Shown here: piece by piece, positions 1 to 8,340 of the stretch
Numbering within the stretch: position 1 is the first letter of the stretch
Layout: every line of letters starts with the position of its first letter
Assembly: GCA_030731175.1 (NCBI GenBank)
Contig: JANQUM010000228.1
Span: 1-27,267, forward strand
Direction: 5' to 3'
Length of the DNA: 27,267 bases
DNA from: Spirosomataceae bacterium
Lineage (GTDB): Bacteria; Bacteroidota; Bacteroidia; Cytophagales; Spirosomataceae
Notes under the pieces: model-generated
Seen by the model: only the letters and a program-made list of their open reading frames with translations
Database searches by the model: none
Told to the model about the DNA's origin: nothing
Program-made: the position numbers and the translations under genes

Positions 1-567
1 ACCTATGATGGTAAACTCCGAATGGTTTGCGAAATGAATCAGCTCAATCGAGCGTGAATTAGTGTCAGTTCTGTAATATGTTTTTGGGGCGGCGAATGTA
101 GCAACGGCTACAAGTATTTCGTCTTGACTTTCATCAATCGAAGATTTGTCTTCTACTAAGCGGTAGTAGTTTTTCGGGAGAAAAAGCCCGTACTTAAATT
201 TAGCTTTTGGGCTGCCTTGCAGGTGGTGTATATGAAGAAAAGCATCAGCGGTTGGCTTGTCAATTCGTTTGACTTTCATCACTCGAGCTGGCAATCGATT
301 GCTTTTACCAATTGCCGAACGCAACCGAGATTTTACAATTTCTGGGGAGGTTTCCCAAACGTCTTCCCACAAATGAATTACACGGAACCCTTTTTCGATG
401 TTCGCTAATTTGGTTTTGCAATTTGCTGATAAATAGTGAATTACAATACAAATTTGGTGCTCGCTCAAAATTATGAGATCATAACCTGCGATTGCGTAAT
501 TCGCTGGATTTACTTCAAATTTTTGGTTGTGAAACGTTAAAAAGCTACTTAATTTTTGTAAAATCAT
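1..567 (-). CDS. Partial (runs off left edge) Hef-like endonuclease-associated / GNAT-like hypothetical protein; absent from the ORF track
   Basis: Hand translation from ATG at 567: 189 stop-free codons to position 1. MILQKL...KGFRVIHLWEDVWETSPEIVKSRLRSAIGKSNRLPARVMKVKRIDKPTADAFLHIHHLQGSPKAKFKYGLF...EILVAVATFAAPK...SIELIHFANHSEFTIIG. The motif series matches proteins annotated Hef-like in phages and bacteria (recalled). Confidence 0.8.
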   Translation of the reverse strand, partial: MILQKLSSFLTFHNQKFEVNPANYAIAGYDLIILSEHQICIVIHYLSANCKTKLANIEKGFRVIHLWEDVWETSPEIVKSRLRSAIGKSNRLPARVMKVKRIDKPTADAFLHIHHLQGSPKAKFKYGLFLPKNYYRLVEDKSSIDESQDEILVAVATFAAPKTYYRTDTNSRSIELIHFANHSEFTIIG

Positions 568-747
568 TTCAAATAAAAAAGTAAACCGTTAGTCAAGACT
601 CGTTAAAGTTGTTTTGAGGCGGACGGTATGGACAGAAAGGCAAATTATTAGATTATACACAGAAGGTAGTGAAACGATGATTCTCAGACGGAATATAGTC
701 TTATATTTACCAACGAATACTTTTTAAAGACCAAATTTCAATTAGAT

Positions 748-1272
748 ATGTTAAAAAAAACCACACTCCTTTTATCACTTTTTGCCATTTTACTGTTAAA
801 TAGTTGCGGTAATTCTAACGATGCCGAACCAACAACAATTGTCGGTACGTGGCAGCTTTCGTCGGTAACTTTTGACATAAACGGTGAAATTTTAACGGCT
901 ACTTCGGCAGCTATGGCAGACGCTGAACTCAAAGACAACCAATGGATTTTTGACGAAAACGGAAATCTTACAGTTTTGCCAGATAATTTCTCCGTTGATT
1001 ATACGTTTAATGCCGCCGATAACAAGCTTGTAATCACTGCTGATGGGGCAGCGTACAATTATACAACAGAACTGACCAACAGCGACCTGAAAGTCAAATC
1101 GAAAGTTCTTGATGCTGAGAACGCCGATGATGACACCTACGAAAATGATCTGGAAGCAGCAGAAATCTTATTTTCAGCACTTGATTTATTGGAAGACCAA
1201 CAAGATGCCTTAGAAAGAATTGGTGATGTTAAGAAAATCAGCCTGACTTATCAGTTCGTGAAATTAAAGTAA
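748..1272 (+). CDS. Lipoprotein with lipocalin-like domain
   Basis: Signal peptide with lipobox LNSC; IVGTWQLSS resembles the GxW motif at the start of Bacteroidetes lipocalin-like domains; followed by a terminator. Confidence 0.75.
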   Translation: MLKKTTLLLSLFAILLLNSCGNSNDAEPTTIVGTWQLSSVTFDINGEILTATSAAMADAELKDNQWIFDENGNLTVLPDNFSVDYTFNAADNKLVITADGAAYNYTTELTNSDLKVKSKVLDAENADDDTYENDLEAAEILFSALDLLEDQQDALERIGDVKKISLTYQFVKLK

Positions 1273-1284
1273 ATCTCTTCAAAG

Positions 1285-1318
1285 AAAAGTCCCGGCTTCG
1301 TGCGAAACCGGGACTTTT
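1285..1318. terminator. Bidirectional intrinsic terminator
   Basis: AAAAGTCCCGG (1285-1295) / CCGGGACTTTT (1308-1318) inverted repeat between convergent genes. Confidence 0.85.
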
Positions 1319-1337
1319 GCGTTGTTCGTTAGCGAGA

Positions 1338-2834
1338 TTACCTCCCGTATAACTCGTTGTAGGCTTTCTCATACTTATCACCAGAAACCCACGTTGGTTT
1401 CGCTTTGTCGTTTGCAATCAAGCGAGCGGCGTACGTGTAGGATTGGCAATACTTCAATAAATATGCCGGGTCAATATTTTCAGGATTATCCGTAACCTGA
1501 TGGTAATATTTGTAAATTTCTTCACTAAAAGAAGTCATTCCCGGAGCGTAATTCGGCGACGGAATCCCCATTTTTGCTAAACTTACATTATCCGATCTGT
1601 CAAATAAACCTTGCTCAGGAGCGGGGTCGTCTCCGGCGGTCAAGCCAAGCGTTGCGGCTGCTTTTACGATATGTTTTTCTGCCGATGTACGATTTAACCC
1701 AATAACAGAAACTTGCTCTTTGGTATCGTAACCGGCACCGTCGCAATTAAGATTGAAAACGCACTTTTCTAAAGGAATTAGCGGGTGTTCGGAGTAATAT
1801 TTGCTTCCTAAAAGTCCTATTTCTTCGCCCGTGTAAGCAATCAATAAAATAGAACGCTTTGCTGGTTTTAGGCTTAGAGCTTCGGCGGCGGTGAGTACGG
1901 CGGTTGTGCCGAAGGCGTTATCTCTTGCACCGTTAAAAATGCTGTCTTCTGCGGTTACGCGTCCGCTTTCGCTGCCGTAACCAATGTGGTCAAAATGAGC
2001 GGTCAAGACCAAATATTCGTTTTTCAAAACGGGGTCAGTACCTTCAATAATTCCAACTACGTTTTGCGACATGACGCTTTGGCTTTGCTTCTCGCCAACG
2101 TTTAGATTTAGTTCCTCAATTTTGTTTTTCGCTAACGCTTTTCCAGGTTCAGCGTTAACCCAAAGGTGCAGCATATTTTTCCCTTCGCTTTCTTTTTCTT
2201 TCAAGCGTAAACTCGGTTTCCCGAAGAAATTAACAACCGTTTTCCACGGAATTTGCAGGTTATAAATTTCGATGAAAGCCGCAGCACCGCGGTCGGCGGC
2301 AAATTTGCGTTTCGCCGCCATTGCTCCAAAAACTTCCTGCGGCGTTTTAGAATCGGGCGTTCCCACTTGGGCAATCACCACTTTGTCTTTTACATCAATT
2401 CCTTTGTAATCGTCGTAGCCCGTTGTTTCGTCCACCCAGCCGTAACCAACGTGCACAACTGCGTTATTGGAAAGTCCGAGTCCACCGCCCGACATCACCA
2501 CGAAATCTTCGCCTACGTTTAAGGTGGCTTCTTTGGTAGTAATAATTCCTAAAGTTGAAGGAGCGGCTTTTTCAAAAGGCACTTTTTGGAGGTAGCTATC
2601 GCCGTTTGCTGGTTTCACGCCAAATTTACGGAATTGTTCGGCGATATACCGAGCCGCCACATTATTGCCTTGCTCACCCGTTTTACGTCCTAAAAGGGCG
2701 TCTGAGGCAAGAAAGCGGAGATGAGCGTTTGGTTGAGCAATAGCGAACTTTGCCTCGGGTACTTTTTTGTATTTTTGAGCGTTAATAGGGGTAACGCTCA
2801 AAGCAAGAAAGAATAACGGTAATAACTTTTTCAT
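1338..2834 (-). CDS. M28 family aminopeptidase with PA domain, secreted
   Basis: Signal peptide; HLRFLASDALLGRKTG; zinc-ligand motifs TAHFDH, GARDNAFG, GEE, RSDN, YHQVTD; PA-domain segment VKDKVVI..AAAFI. Confidence 0.92.
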   Translation of the reverse strand: MKKLLPLFFLALSVTPINAQKYKKVPEAKFAIAQPNAHLRFLASDALLGRKTGEQGNNVAARYIAEQFRKFGVKPANGDSYLQKVPFEKAAPSTLGIITTKEATLNVGEDFVVMSGGGLGLSNNAVVHVGYGWVDETTGYDDYKGIDVKDKVVIAQVGTPDSKTPQEVFGAMAAKRKFAADRGAAAFIEIYNLQIPWKTVVNFFGKPSLRLKEKESEGKNMLHLWVNAEPGKALAKNKIEELNLNVGEKQSQSVMSQNVVGIIEGTDPVLKNEYLVLTAHFDHIGYGSESGRVTAEDSIFNGARDNAFGTTAVLTAAEALSLKPAKRSILLIAYTGEEIGLLGSKYYSEHPLIPLEKCVFNLNCDGAGYDTKEQVSVIGLNRTSAEKHIVKAAATLGLTAGDDPAPEQGLFDRSDNVSLAKMGIPSPNYAPGMTSFSEEIYKYYHQVTDNPENIDPAYLLKYCQSYTYAARLIANDKAKPTWVSGDKYEKAYNELYGR

Positions 2835-2878
2835 TTATTGGGAATAGTTTTTTAGTTTAAATACTATAATATGGTTAT

Positions 2879-2886
2879 CAAAAGTA
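2879..2886 (-). promoter_or_regulatory. Bacteroidetes -7 promoter element for the M28 gene
   Basis: TACTTTTG on the minus strand matches TAnnTTTG, 44 nt upstream of the ATG. Confidence 0.5.
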
Positions 2887-3052
2887 CGTTAAAACCAGCA
2901 ATAATGATAGTCTATAAATTAGTTAGGGCTCATTTTTCGGTAGATTAACACGGGATTTTCAACCTTCATGCTCGAAAGTAGCATTTGAGAAGGTTGCCGA
3001 CATAGCGAACACAGTCTTCGTTCAAACAGCACTTATTTTACAAACACATTAT

Positions 3053-3679
3053 ATGAAAACCACAAGAAAAATTTTACTCTGTCAAGTCTGGCTTTTATTC
3101 CTGCCTGTGGTTGCATTTGCCCAAACGCCAGCCGAATATATGCTTGCAGATGCAAATGATTATTTCAAAACCGGACGTTACTGGGATGCTTTTTTTGAAT
3201 ACCGCAACGTAGCAAAAACGAGTGAATTTGCTGATAATTACGAAGTAAGCTCTCAAATAAAGAACAGCTCAAAGGCATTGTATCTGAAACGAAAATTTGA
3301 AAATTATCGGGCGTTCCGTCAGTATGAATTAGCTAAAGCGAATTTGAAGGAACTTGTGATTATAAACCCTGAAGACCCAAATAGAGGAGAAATACCGAGG
3401 TTGACTTTGAAGCAAGCCGAAGATTTGATGCGACTTGCCAACCGCCAACGTACCGATGCACAAACGGCGGCGATGTTTCAGAAATCGATCAAATTGTACC
3501 ATTTAGCAATGGCAGAAGGTTTGAAAGATGAAAGCGTAAAAACGGCAATCAGAATGGCAGAATTGGCATTAAAAAACACGGGTGTTGAGCCGGTTTCTGA
3601 GCCTTCAACCACTTACGGAATTGCAGAAACGCAGAAAATAGAGCGGGAGCGTGAGGTGAAAATTATTAAAGAGCAATAA
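3053..3679 (+). CDS. Secreted all-helical (TPR-like) hypothetical protein
   Basis: Signal peptide ending AFA-Q; helical repeats such as ADANDYFKTGRYWDAFFEY and YELAKANLKELVIINPED. Confidence 0.7.
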   Translation: MKTTRKILLCQVWLLFLPVVAFAQTPAEYMLADANDYFKTGRYWDAFFEYRNVAKTSEFADNYEVSSQIKNSSKALYLKRKFENYRAFRQYELAKANLKELVIINPEDPNRGEIPRLTLKQAEDLMRLANRQRTDAQTAAMFQKSIKLYHLAMAEGLKDESVKTAIRMAELALKNTGVEPVSEPSTTYGIAETQKIEREREVKIIKEQ

Positions 3680-3741
3680 GGAGTACGGTTGTTAAAGACA
3701 ACTTTTGAAAATCTCCAATCTAAATTCTTATTTATCCAATC

Positions 3742-4485
3742 TTACAAAGAATTCCAGATTTCCCAAGACTTTTCTGCTTGTAAAACCAACATTCGGTGAC
3801 CGTTCAAAACGGTCGCCTTTTTTTGTGCTCCGTTTTTCATAAAAAGCGTTTCGGCGGGGTTGTAAACCAAGTCAAAAAGGAAGTGGTTTTCGGTTAACTT
3901 ATCGTACCTAATGTCGGGGCAGGCGTTTGGGTTCGGGTACGTGCCGAGCGGTGTGGTGTTAATAATCAAATGGTGTGATTCAATCAAATCGCCTGCTTCT
4001 TCGTAACTAACTGAGCCCTTTTGGGGAGAACGGGAAACGGCCTTGTACCCAATTCCCATATCTTCCAACGCAACTTTTACGGCTTTTGCCGCTCCGCCAT
4101 TTCCTAAAATCAACGCTTTTTTTGCTGACTTTCCAGCTGTAATAAATGCTTCTTTCAGTGAATTACTAAATCCGTAATAATCTGAATTGTAGCCTTTTAG
4201 GATGCCGTTTGAAATTTTTATTACGTTAACAGCTCCAATTCTATCGGCGGCGGGGTCAATTTCGTCCAGAAATTGCAGGACGTTTTGTTTGTGCGGAATC
4301 GTGACGTTTAGCCCGACTAAATCGGAATAGTTTTTTAATAATTCGGGAAATTGTGCGTAGTCTTCCAACTCAAAAAGCTCGTAGCAATGTGAATCAGAAA
4401 TATTGAGTTGCTCAAATTTTTCGGTGAAGTATTTCTTAGAAAAAGAATGAGTCAGCGGAAATCCAATAAGCCCGTACCGATTCAT
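3742..4485 (-). CDS. aroE: Shikimate dehydrogenase
   Basis: GLIGFPLTHSFS, GLNVTIPHK, GAVN, GYNSD, LGNGGAA, INTTPLG, DLVYNP motifs. ATG at 4485 (track start 4491 is TTG), 2 nt after the dedA stop. Confidence 0.95.
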   Translation of the reverse strand: MNRYGLIGFPLTHSFSKKYFTEKFEQLNISDSHCYELFELEDYAQFPELLKNYSDLVGLNVTIPHKQNVLQFLDEIDPAADRIGAVNVIKISNGILKGYNSDYYGFSNSLKEAFITAGKSAKKALILGNGGAAKAVKVALEDMGIGYKAVSRSPQKGSVSYEEAGDLIESHHLIINTTPLGTYPNPNACPDIRYDKLTENHFLFDLVYNPAETLFMKNGAQKKATVLNGHRMLVLQAEKSWEIWNSL

Positions 4486-4487
4486 AA

Positions 4488-5141
4488 TCAAGCTACTGTT
4501 TTCGGGAAAAACTTTGCTTTTATTACGCCAACAATCATCGGGGCGATGGATAGAAACACGATGCCCAAAACTACTTTTTCAAAGTTATCTTTAACCCAGG
4601 CATTTGCTCCAAGAAAATAGCCTAATAATGTGATAGAAGTTACCCAAAGCGAAGCACCTAATATGCAATACAAGATATATTTTGGGTATTTCATGCTTCC
4701 TGCACCCGCCACAAAAGGGGCAATTGTGCGAATAATTGGCATAAAACGAGCAAGGATCACGGCTTTGCCGCCGTGTTTCAGGTAAAATTCTTCGGTTTGA
4801 GTGATGTACTCACGTTTCAGAAACAGGATTTTGTCTTTTGATTTGATAAACGCACTGAATTTTTTCCCGACAAAATAATTGACATTATCACCCAATAATG
4901 CGGCAATAATCATCAACGGAATGGTGATGCTTATCAAGAGTTTACCCGTTGTAGCAGCGAGTAAACCAACGGCAAATAACAAGGAGTCACCCGGTAAAAG
5001 TGGCATTACGATGAAGCCAGTTTCTACAAAAATAATAGTGAATAAAATGGCGTAGGTAAGCGTATCGTAATCGTTCAGAAAACCTTCGAGTACCGTAAGC
5101 GGGTCTTTCAAAAAGCCGAGTAGAAAATGTATTATTTCCAT
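4488..5141 (-). CDS. dedA: DedA / SNARE-associated (VTT) family membrane protein
   Basis: IIFVETG..PLLPGDSLLFAVG, LGDNVNY, HGGKAVILARFMPIIRTIAPFVAG. ATG at 5141 (track start 5144 is TTG). Confidence 0.93.
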   Translation of the reverse strand: MEIIHFLLGFLKDPLTVLEGFLNDYDTLTYAILFTIIFVETGFIVMPLLPGDSLLFAVGLLAATTGKLLISITIPLMIIAALLGDNVNYFVGKKFSAFIKSKDKILFLKREYITQTEEFYLKHGGKAVILARFMPIIRTIAPFVAGAGSMKYPKYILYCILGASLWVTSITLLGYFLGANAWVKDNFEKVVLGIVFLSIAPMIVGVIKAKFFPKTVA

Positions 5142-5179
5142 CAAAAGTAGTTTTTAAGTTTTTGAGTTATTCAGTTTCC

Positions 5180-5213
5180 TTGCCATTGTCAGTGACGACA
5201 CTGACAATGGCAA
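5180..5213. repeat. Perfect 15-bp palindrome (REP-like) between comA and dedA
   Basis: TTGCCATTGTCAGTG-ACGA-CACTGACAATGGCAA; no U-tract in the transcribed (minus) direction. Confidence 0.7.
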
Positions 5214-5235
5214 AGCTACCTTGTGAGATGGAGGA

Positions 5236-6069
5236 TTATCCCCTTGGCTTGTGGCGAATGCGGTCGTCCTCGTAGTATCTTCCGAGCTTAAATTGTTTCT
5301 TTTCTTCTTCCGGTAAAAAGGTATCAAAAGTATCTCCACGCAACCCAAGACGGATTGTTTCGAGCGGAATAACTTCGTTTGGTGCAATATTACCTACGTT
5401 TACGTTAGAACCCACTAATTTTACGAAGTAAACTTGCTGTGATTTTTGCGGAGCTTCCCAAATAATATTATCAGCGTTTATGGCGTGGATAATTTCATCC
5501 ACCAATCCTTGTCTTACTTCGCCGCTGCTTCGGTAGAGCCCGATATTTCCACCTTCACGGGCTTCACCGATAACTTTCCAAGAGCCGGCTTGCAATTCGG
5601 CAGACATGAGTTCAATCCATTTGTAGGGAGCAAAGATTTTCTCTTCATCTTTTGAGCCAACTTCTGAAAGTACTTTTCCACCCCGCTCGGCTAACCGCCT
5701 GATATAGTTGCATTTTACATCGTGTGGTAGCGTGATAGAGCCGTCAGAAACTTCGCACATTTCTAAGCCGTATTTATCCATCATCCGCATATAATCTTCA
5801 AACTGATTTCTGACTACGAAGGCCTCAAACAGCGTTCCGCCGAAGTAAACCGGTATTCCGGCATCGTGGTAAATCTTGATTTTATCTTCGATGTTTGGGG
5901 TGACGTACGACGTTGCCCAGCCAAATTTTACGATGTCGATGTAATCAGCCGAAGTAGTAAGGAGGTCTTCTATTTCGCGAACACTCAGTCCCTTGTCCAT
6001 AACCATGGTTAATCCCGAATTGCGGGGTTTCACGGAACGTTCAGGAATCATTGAAAGGTTATAATTCAT
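5236..6069 (-). CDS. comA: Phosphosulfolactate synthase (ComA family)
   Basis: KPRNSGLTMVMDKG, IDIVKFGWAT, EVSDGSI, SEVGSK, EARE, WEAPQKSQQ, NVNVGN, LETIRLGLRGDTF. Confidence 0.92.
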   Translation of the reverse strand: MNYNLSMIPERSVKPRNSGLTMVMDKGLSVREIEDLLTTSADYIDIVKFGWATSYVTPNIEDKIKIYHDAGIPVYFGGTLFEAFVVRNQFEDYMRMMDKYGLEMCEVSDGSITLPHDVKCNYIRRLAERGGKVLSEVGSKDEEKIFAPYKWIELMSAELQAGSWKVIGEAREGGNIGLYRSSGEVRQGLVDEIIHAINADNIIWEAPQKSQQVYFVKLVGSNVNVGNIAPNEVIPLETIRLGLRGDTFDTFLPEEEKKQFKLGRYYEDDRIRHKPRG

Positions 6070-6100
6070 GCTTTTTTCGTTTTCTATTTATAAAACAGCC

Positions 6101-6108
6101 GCAAAATT
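6101..6108 (-). promoter_or_regulatory. -7 promoter element for comA-dedA-aroE
   Basis: TAATTTTG on the minus strand, 31 nt upstream of the comA ATG. Confidence 0.55.
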
Positions 6109-6268
6109 AAGGATTATTTTGCAGAGGGAGGGTTTTATGAAATTAAAATGTGTTTGAGGTTAGGTGAAATACTAAGCGGTGGCGTTAGTTCGATTTGTTA
6201 AAAAAAACCTAATGGCTTTTAAAACAGTACGCTAATCCTGCAATAGTCACATTTCAAACTTACGCTTT

Positions 6269-7141
6269 CTACACCCGCACCCGCATTTTTGGGTGTTTTA
6301 TCACTTTAGCAATGAAATACATCAAATCTTGCTGTTGCGGTGAGAATTGCGTGCGGCAACTGCCGTAATAAGACATAAAGTTGTTTAGGTTCGGGCGGTA
6401 ATCCCGACCGCTTTTATCGTGGTATTCGCCAAATAAGCTACAATCCTTTTCGATGAAACTTGCTCCGAAAGGGTCTGGCGGTGTATCACAGATTTTGTCG
6501 CCGTTGCTGCCACAATTTTGGTCGCTCACGTCAGATTGTTGGGTAATCTCCTTTTCAAAAGTGTGTAGCAGTCCGAAAAAATGCCCCATTTCGTGCACAA
6601 AAGCGGGGTCTTGCAAATGTACTTTTGAGATAAAAATACGGTTCAGGTTTAAAACTGGATAGTGCGTGTAGCCGATAACATCTTTATAATCATCAAAGAC
6701 GTACAAGTTGATAGCGTTTTCGTCGTAGGTTTTTTTGGTAAAAAACTCCTCAACGTTAGCACTTTTGTAAAAATGATCTACGTTTCGTTCACTGTAAATA
6801 TAATCGTTTCCTTCTTTTACAAAGTCAAACTGAATATTACTCGAAATGAAATTCGAGTTCAGAAAATTTAAGGCTTCTGAGAAGTCTTCATCCCTTAGTT
6901 CGGAATTCAATAACGGATTCACTACATGAATTTTTACAGGAAAGCGGAGTATTTGTTGGTTCTCAATAGGGAATTTTTGTTGAAGAGCGATAATTTGATC
7001 GAGATAAACGTCGTAGTCGTCTGATAAAACAACACCATGCACCACATTCTTTTTATATGCAGTAGCATCTTGCTGTAGTTGCCGCTGGCAAGCCAAAGGT
7101 AGCAACGCAATTAAAAACAAACCGAGTAAAAGCTTTCTCAT
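6269..7141 (-). CDS. M43 (pappalysin/ulilysin-like) zinc metalloprotease, lipoprotein
   Basis: Lipobox PLAC; FPVKIHVV; HEMGHFFGLLH zinc motif; GDKICDTPPD; Met-turn NFMSY. ATG at 7141 (track start 7150 is TTG). Confidence 0.88.
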   Translation of the reverse strand: MRKLLLGLFLIALLPLACQRQLQQDATAYKKNVVHGVVLSDDYDVYLDQIIALQQKFPIENQQILRFPVKIHVVNPLLNSELRDEDFSEALNFLNSNFISSNIQFDFVKEGNDYIYSERNVDHFYKSANVEEFFTKKTYDENAINLYVFDDYKDVIGYTHYPVLNLNRIFISKVHLQDPAFVHEMGHFFGLLHTFEKEITQQSDVSDQNCGSNGDKICDTPPDPFGASFIEKDCSLFGEYHDKSGRDYRPNLNNFMSYYGSCRTQFSPQQQDLMYFIAKVIKHPKMRVRV

Positions 7142-7427
7142 GAGCAACAAGTTAAGTGTTTAATTAACGGCGTCTGTTACCAGGTTGTTGTTTTAATTTG
7201 TTTTCAATCAGCTTTTTATACGATGATTACAACAAAAAAAAGTAATCGTAGAGGCACTTTTTTTCTTAATCTCAAAACAAAAACACGCACATTTAATTAT
7301 TAAATATATCGTTTCGCAGAACGTCACATGGGTAAATTAGTAAGCTATTTTTCCTAAAAAAATTATTTAGACAGATTATCAATTATAAAAAATTATTGTA
7401 GCTATTGGTTGTGAGCCGTTTGTGCAG

Positions 7428-7435
7428 TACTTTTG
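7428..7435 (+). promoter_or_regulatory. -7 promoter element for the sdh operon
   Basis: TACTTTTG matches TAnnTTTG, 82 nt upstream of sdhC. Confidence 0.45.
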
Positions 7436-7517
7436 GCAACTGAAAATTTGCACTATTTTAAGTGCCATCGGTAATTACAAAAGCGTATAATTTCTTTCAA
7501 ACACAGCAACATTCCTT

Positions 7518-8297
7518 ATGTCTTGGTTAGTTAAAACAGTAAATAGTTCGATCGGCAGAAAAGTATTGATGGCCCTTACCGGCCTTTTTCTTTGTACTTT
7601 TTTGATTGTTCACATGATTGGCAACTTGCAGTTGTTTAATGGTGATGGTGGCTACTCTTTCAATAAGTACGCTGTCTTTATGACCACTAATCCGCTCATA
7701 AAAACAGTTTCTTACGGCTTGTACGCCATGATTTTGTTTCACGCCTTTTGGGGTTTGTACGTTACCTACATTAACCGCAAAGCTCGCTCTGCCCGTTATG
7801 CGATAACGAATAGCTCTTCAACTTGGGCGAGCCGCAACATGGCAGTTTTGGGAACAGTACTTTTGGTTTACATCGCCGTTCACATGGGTGATTTCTGGTT
7901 TGACTACAAATTTGGTCACGTTCCGTTTACAAAATACGTAGAGGATGTAACTTCGGGTCAATTGATTTCGCAGGAAGTAATGCCCGCTGGCTACACGCAA
8001 GAAGTGAAGTTGGCAGCATTTGCCAATGAAGCGGAAGGAACTCAAACCGTTATCATTAAAGATTTATACGCCGAAGTTTCAGAGGCATTTGAAAATATTT
8101 TCATTGTTCTTTTTTATATTTTATCAATGGGAGCGTTGGCTTTTCACTTGGTTCACGGCTTCCAAAGCGGTTTTCAAACCCTTGGTTTGAACCATCCGAA
8201 GTACAACGGGTTGATAAAAAACATTGGCATAGCTATTTTCGCCATCGCCATACCTTTAGCATTTGCGGCAATGCCGATTTACTTTTTCTTAAAATAA
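7518..8297 (+). CDS. sdhC: Succinate dehydrogenase/fumarate reductase cytochrome b subunit
   Basis: SSIGRKVLMALTGLFL, HMIGNL, LFHA, HLVHGFQSGFQTLG heme-ligand histidines; first gene before sdhA. Confidence 0.95.
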   Translation: MSWLVKTVNSSIGRKVLMALTGLFLCTFLIVHMIGNLQLFNGDGGYSFNKYAVFMTTNPLIKTVSYGLYAMILFHAFWGLYVTYINRKARSARYAITNSSSTWASRNMAVLGTVLLVYIAVHMGDFWFDYKFGHVPFTKYVEDVTSGQLISQEVMPAGYTQEVKLAAFANEAEGTQTVIIKDLYAEVSEAFENIFIVLFYILSMGALAFHLVHGFQSGFQTLGLNHPKYNGLIKNIGIAIFAIAIPLAFAAMPIYFFLK

Positions 8298-8340
8298 GTT
8301 TCGGTAAAGGGTCGTCCTAACTTTTAAACAGCAGTTAACT

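Noticed and set aside
217-408. 63-aa plus-strand ORF from the track
   Set aside because: Antisense shadow of the motif-bearing minus-strand ORF at <1..567.
7900-8070. Long extramembrane loop in SdhC
   Set aside because: In frame, no intein or mobile features; probably lineage-typical, and I cannot show novelty without an alignment.
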